From NCBI GenBank assembly GCA_963796055.1, contig CAWCKH010000004.1:2592001-2656000 (forward strand): 64,000 bases of DNA, written 5' to 3'. A program made the position numbers and the translations under genes. Of this stretch, positions 59,836 to 64,000 are shown one piece after another. The notes beneath the pieces were generated by a model. That model was not told the DNA's origin. It worked only from the letters and a program-made list of their open reading frames with translations, and did not search any database. The stretch's first letter is position 1. The number at the start of each line of letters is the position of its first letter. The stretch comes from an uncultured delta proteobacterium. Lineage in GTDB: Bacteria > Myxococcota > Myxococcia > Myxococcales > Myxococcaceae.

Positions 59836-61161
59836 ATGGGCAGGATGCTCTTCATCGGATGCACGGTGCTCGCCTGGGGCTGCGTGGTCCGCGAGTACCG
59901 TGAGGCACCGCCGCCGCCCGTGGTCTACCGCGAGGCGCCGCCGCCGCCGGTGGCCTACCGTGAGCCGCTGCCCCCGCCGCCGCCCCAGGTGGTCGAGCAG
60001 GACCCCGGCTGGGAGGCCGTCTCCATCGAGCCTCCGGTCGAGCAGCCGGCGCCGGTGGCCATCCCCTGGGCACCTCCGCCGATGCTCTGGGATCCGCCGC
60101 CCGTGCGTCCGTGGTTCGACGCGGTGTGGGTCGGCGGGCACTGGACCTGGTGGAACGGTGAGTGGGTCTGGGCACGCGGGCACTGGGCCCGTCCGCCCAG
60201 GTACGGGTGGGTCTACTCCGAGCCCTACTACGAGTACCGCGGCGACGCGGTGGTCTTCGTCGGCGGGTTCTGGCGGCCGGTGGCGAGGGTCTTCGTCCCG
60301 CCGCCTCCGACGCTTTACGTCCCGCTCGTCCAGGTGAGGGTGGTGCACGTCGGCTACGCGCGGCCAATCGGCCCGCACGGCGTCTTCGTCCCGCCGCCGC
60401 CCGGCTCGCAGCCCGGGGTCATCGTCCCCGCGCCGGTGGGCACGCCGCCCGCGGTGGTGCTCAGCGCTCCGCCCGTCGTCCGGCCGGGAATGGTGGTCCG
60501 TCCGGTGTCGCGCGGCGGGGTCGTCGAGGTGGTCGCTCCCGCCGGCGTGACCCGCGAGGGGCGGCCGGTGACCGCACAGGCGCCAGTCGTCGCCCACGAC
60601 GCGGCCTCGGTGCATCCGGTGGTCGTCGCCCCGCCGCCTCCGGTCCGGAGCGCCTGGGTCCCAGCGGGTGGTCCGCCAAACCGGGTGAGCCAGCCGTCGC
60701 CGGGCCCGGCTCCGTTCCCGAACCGGGAACCGCCCACGGTCGGGGGGACGCCGGTGAACACCCCGGTCCCGCCCCCGCCGAGCACCAGCACCGTCTCGGT
60801 GCGCCCACTTCCGCCCCCGTCGCCGGGGCAGCCGGTGGTGCAGCCCGTGCTCAAGCCCGGGACGATGGGCGGCGACCGGGGCGAGCCACGGCCGTGGTCG
60901 AACGGCGCCGATCGATCGGGCAACGAGGGGCCGGTGCTTCGCCCCGTTCCACGGACCGAGGGCACGCCGCGTCCACCGGTCCAGAGTGGGGCGCCGAGTG
61001 CACGCCCTGCGGCGCCTCCGGTCCAGAGCGCTGCGCCCGCGGCACGGCCGCCCAGCACTCAGGTCCCACCGCGCGTCGAGGCCGTGCGGACCCGCCCGCA
61101 CCCTCCGGCGAAGGACGATCCCGAGGAGCGCAAGGGCCATCCGGACCCACACGAGCGCTGA
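59836..61161 (+). CDS. Proline-rich lipoprotein with YXWGXW-type repeats
   Basis: Lipobox AWGC; 30-nt YREAPPPPV repeats; WVGGHWTW, WVWARGHW. Confidence 0.75.
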   Translation: MGRMLFIGCTVLAWGCVVREYREAPPPPVVYREAPPPPVAYREPLPPPPPQVVEQDPGWEAVSIEPPVEQPAPVAIPWAPPPMLWDPPPVRPWFDAVWVGGHWTWWNGEWVWARGHWARPPRYGWVYSEPYYEYRGDAVVFVGGFWRPVARVFVPPPPTLYVPLVQVRVVHVGYARPIGPHGVFVPPPPGSQPGVIVPAPVGTPPAVVLSAPPVVRPGMVVRPVSRGGVVEVVAPAGVTREGRPVTAQAPVVAHDAASVHPVVVAPPPPVRSAWVPAGGPPNRVSQPSPGPAPFPNREPPTVGGTPVNTPVPPPPSTSTVSVRPLPPPSPGQPVVQPVLKPGTMGGDRGEPRPWSNGADRSGNEGPVLRPVPRTEGTPRPPVQSGAPSARPAAPPVQSAAPAARPPSTQVPPRVEAVRTRPHPPAKDDPEERKGHPDPHER

Positions 61162-61236
61162 GCGCGCGTCGCCTCGAGGCTCGCGCCCGGCGGACGGCGG
61201 TCGCAAGAAGTCCTGTAGACTCCGGCACCCGAGCCA

Positions 61237-63066
61237 GTGCCTCGCGCCCGACCCGCCTCCATCGTCCTCGCCGCCTCTCCCCTCCGCGAGCGCCTCCAGC
61301 GCCTGCTCGCCGAGCTGGACGCGCTTCGCGACGAGGTGGCCCAGCTCGAGCTGGAGTGCGAGACGCTCCGCGGGAAGCTGGCGGCCTTCGAGGTCCGGCA
61401 CCGGGCCGAGCTCGCCGACCAGCAGCGCCTCTTCCACCGGATCGGCTCCGTGGTGCGTCAGCTCGAGCGCTGGGCAGAGATGCTCGAGGAGGCCCAGCCG
61501 CGCGAGCGCGCCGCCCGCGCCCGCCGGGTGGAGCGGCAGCGCACCCGCGAACTGCACCAGGAGTCGGCGGAGCCCGAGCCTGCGGATGAGGGCGCGGCCC
61601 CGGAGCCCTCGGCCCCGGCGGAGCTGAAGTCCCTCTACCGGCGGCTCGCGCGCCGCTTCCATCCGGACCTCGCCCGGAGCGAGGAGGAGCAGGTTCGTCA
61701 CGCCGCACTGATGGCGCGGATCAACGCCCTGTACCGGGCAGGTGACCGAGCGGGGCTGGAGGCGCTCGCCGACCAGGCGCTCGGCTCGGAGCTGCCAGAG
61801 CCCGCGGTCTCGCTCGAGGAGGAGGTCCGGCTGCTGGAGGAGCGGCGGGCACGCTTCGAGTCGGCGCGGGATGGGCTGCAGCTCGAGCTCGCCTCGCTCC
61901 GCGGCTGCGCCACGGCCGAGCTCCTCCGTCGGTCGCGCGAGGCCGGTGGGAATGGACATGACTTCTTCGACGCGCTTCGCGCCGAGCTGGCCTCGCGGTG
62001 CGAGGTGGCGCTCGGCGACGTGCGCGACGCTGCGGGGGCGCTGGAGGATGCGGTGAGACGAGCAAACCGACGGTCGCTGGCCACCGAGGGGAGGAAGTCT
62101 CTGGACCGGGCCTTCGACCCACTCGGGCGCCAGCGGCTCGTTCGCCTGTCGCTCGAGGCCCTGGAGGGGGCCCGGGCCGCTCCGGAGAGCAGGGCAGCCG
62201 CGGAGCGGATCGTCGAGCTGGCCCGGACCTCCCCGGCGGCCGCGCGCCTGGTCCTGTTTGCCTACGCAAGCGAGCTGGTGCCGCATCCGCTGGACGGGCT
62301 TCGGACCTACGAGGACCTCGCGCTCCGGTTCGAGCAGCTGGAAACGCGCGAAGAGGAGCACCGGACGCTGGAGCGCGCGCTGGTGGAAGGGGCGGAGCTG
62401 GTCGAGTTCGGGATCCGCCGGGCTGGCGAGCGGCTGGTGCAGAGCGGGCTCCGGTTCCGGAGCGCGCTGCTGCGCGACGCGGTGCCGCTCGCGCTCCGCA
62501 AGCACGGGCTCCGTGTCGAGTTCCGGCGGGTGCTGGCCACCCTCGGCGAGCGCACCGGCTGCGCCGAGTGCCGGCAGGAGATCTTCGCCATCCCCCTCTA
62601 CCGGCTCCGCGGACTGGACGACCTGCACGCCAGCGCCTGTCCTCGGTGCGGTCACCTGGTCCGGAGCTACTTTCTGCCCCGCGGCAAGGACGTCCAGTCG
62701 GTGCTCAACACCGCGTTCCTGGATCTGGAATTGCTCTCCGAGTGGAGCTTCCGGATGGGTTCGGCGTCGGTCTCGGTCCAGCTGCTCCCGGTGCAGGTCG
62801 AGCGCATGACGGTGGGCCAGCTCAAGCGGCGATTCTGGGCCGACGTGCTCGAGCGCCACGGGATCCCGGTCCCCGCGGACGCGGTGCGGCTCCAGCAGAC
62901 GCGCCGGCCGGTCCAGGAGCGCCGCAAGCTGGCCGACCTCGAGCGGCAGGAGTTCGTGGTGGTCTTCGGAGAGAGGGCGGGCGTGTCGGTCGCGGACGCC
63001 CTGGAGACGGTGAAGCACCGGATCCGCACCCGGTTCCGGACCGAGCCGGTTGTCGCCGGGCGCTGA
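61237..63066 (+). CDS. J-domain protein (internal J domain, coiled coils, Zn finger)
   Basis: LKSLYRRLARRFHPDL; CAEC...CPRC. Confidence 0.85.
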   Translation: MPRARPASIVLAASPLRERLQRLLAELDALRDEVAQLELECETLRGKLAAFEVRHRAELADQQRLFHRIGSVVRQLERWAEMLEEAQPRERAARARRVERQRTRELHQESAEPEPADEGAAPEPSAPAELKSLYRRLARRFHPDLARSEEEQVRHAALMARINALYRAGDRAGLEALADQALGSELPEPAVSLEEEVRLLEERRARFESARDGLQLELASLRGCATAELLRRSREAGGNGHDFFDALRAELASRCEVALGDVRDAAGALEDAVRRANRRSLATEGRKSLDRAFDPLGRQRLVRLSLEALEGARAAPESRAAAERIVELARTSPAAARLVLFAYASELVPHPLDGLRTYEDLALRFEQLETREEEHRTLERALVEGAELVEFGIRRAGERLVQSGLRFRSALLRDAVPLALRKHGLRVEFRRVLATLGERTGCAECRQEIFAIPLYRLRGLDDLHASACPRCGHLVRSYFLPRGKDVQSVLNTAFLDLELLSEWSFRMGSASVSVQLLPVQVERMTVGQLKRRFWADVLERHGIPVPADAVRLQQTRRPVQERRKLADLERQEFVVVFGERAGVSVADALETVKHRIRTRFRTEPVVAGR

Positions 63067-63117
63067 GCGACGCTCGGGGAGTCAGGCGGGCGACCCTCCC
63101 GGGCCAGGCCCTCCCGC

Positions 63118-63501
63118 TCACCAGTGGTCCGGTCCCCGGCGCTCCGCCTTCCGCCGCCCGAGCCGCTTCTTGGCCTCGAGCCGACGCTCCTTCGCCCCCC
63201 GGGACGGTCGGGTGGGCCGTCTCGGCTTGTTCACCCGGGTGAGGCCGACCAGGGCGGCACGCAGCCGCTCGAGCGCGGCGCCGCGGTTCCGGGCCTGGCT
63301 GCGGCGCTCGGTCGCGGTGACGGTCACTCCCGTCGGCGGGTGGACCAGGCGGACGGCGGAGGCGGTCTTGTTGCGATGCTGGCCGCCGGGACCGCTGCCG
63401 ACGAAGGTGGAGACCTCGCAGGTGCCGAGCAGGGCTGCGTCGTCCAGCGCGAGCGCCGCCCGTGCTGCCGCGCGACGTGCATCCTGAGGGTGAGGCTCCA
63501 T
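63118..63501 (-). CDS. Peptide chain release factor-like protein (ArfB/YaeJ-like)
   Basis: [19 protein letters not shown], basic [15 protein letters not shown] tail. Confidence 0.88.
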   Translation of the reverse strand: MEPHPQDARRAAARAALALDDAALLGTCEVSTFVGSGPGGQHRNKTASAVRLVHPPTGVTVTATERRSQARNRGAALERLRAALVGLTRVNKPRRPTRPSRGAKERRLEAKKRLGRRKAERRGPDHW

Positions 63502-63609
63502 GCCGGCCTTCGGTGTACCAGGAACTCGCCTGCCTGCTCCGGAACGACGAGGAGAGGCGGCCAGGGGGTGCAGAGGGCCTGTCGTCCTGTTAGCACCGGC
63601 CGCTCCCCC

Positions 63610-64000
63610 ATGCATCGGATCCACCTCGAGGGTGCCCGCACCCACAACCTCGCGGGCGTCAGCGTCGAGCTGCTGGCCGGAGAGCTCACCGCCGTCACCG
63701 GTGTGTCCGGCAGCGGCAAGAGCAGCCTCGCGGTGGATACCCTGTACGCCGAAGGACAGCGGCGCTTCGTCGAGAGCTTCAGCCCCTACGCCCGTCAGTT
63801 CCTGGAGCGGCTCGAGCGGCCACCCATGGACCGGCTCGAGCCGGTGGCCGCCGGCATCGCCGTCGACCGCCGCACCAGCGTGAAGAGCTCACGCTCCACC
63901 GTCGCCACCCTGGCCGACCTCGAGGCCTACTTCTCGGCGCTCTTCACCCGCGAGGCGCTTCCACTGTGCCCCGACCACCGGGTGGAGGCCGTTCGCCGCG
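63610..64000 (+). CDS. uvrA: Excinuclease ABC subunit A, N-terminal part (runs off window)
   Basis: [41 protein letters not shown]. Confidence 0.93.
   Translation, partial: MHRIHLEGARTHNLAGVSVELLAGELTAVTGVSGSGKSSLAVDTLYAEGQRRFVESFSPYARQFLERLERPPMDRLEPVAAGIAVDRRTSVKSSRSTVATLADLEAYFSALFTREALPLCPDHRVEAVRR

Noticed and set aside
58885..63018. 1377-aa minus-strand ORF
   Set aside because: Shadow of GC-rich plus-strand genes; low complexity and no motifs.
63118..63501. Functional clustering of ArfB-like factor with tmRNA
   Set aside because: They are 57 kb apart with no evidence of linkage.

Overview
GC-rich myxobacterial chromosome segment; the tmRNA tag peptide ANDNVELALAA matches the Myxococcus-type tag. 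The tmRNA gene (ssrA, 5476-5837) is the target of two tandem genomic islands, delimited by partial copies of its 3' end at 13065-13084 and 20768-20792. Island 1 (about 7.2 kb) carries a tyrosine integrase whose reading frame runs through the attachment core. In the integrated state the integrase C-terminus is read from the antisense strand of tmRNA (120 aa). On excision it would fuse in frame to an otherwise orphan 97-codon ORF at the far end of the island, a phage Mx8-like recombination-controlled C-terminal switch. Island 1 also has an excisionase-like HTH gene, a possible RHH regulator, candidate arm sites and a kinase-TPR cargo gene. Island 2 is decayed: an IS21 pseudogene, a sensor-kinase fusion, a Kelch lipoprotein bracketed by two 237-bp IS91/ISCR-like ends, and a broken CPBP protease. 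The rest looks like core genome: DUF2182/DUF1326, an SpsF/aminotransferase/desaturase cluster, a Ycf46-like AAA ATPase, an EPS-modification cluster with a frameshifted ATP-grasp/deacetylase, MFS, DUF1615, PhoD, TerC, GST, an RND pump, GreA/B-like, AGMO-like desaturase, SorAB, a J-domain protein with a possible ubiquitin-like domain, an ArfB-like factor and the start of uvrA. All family calls come from motif recognition by eye; no database searches were run.
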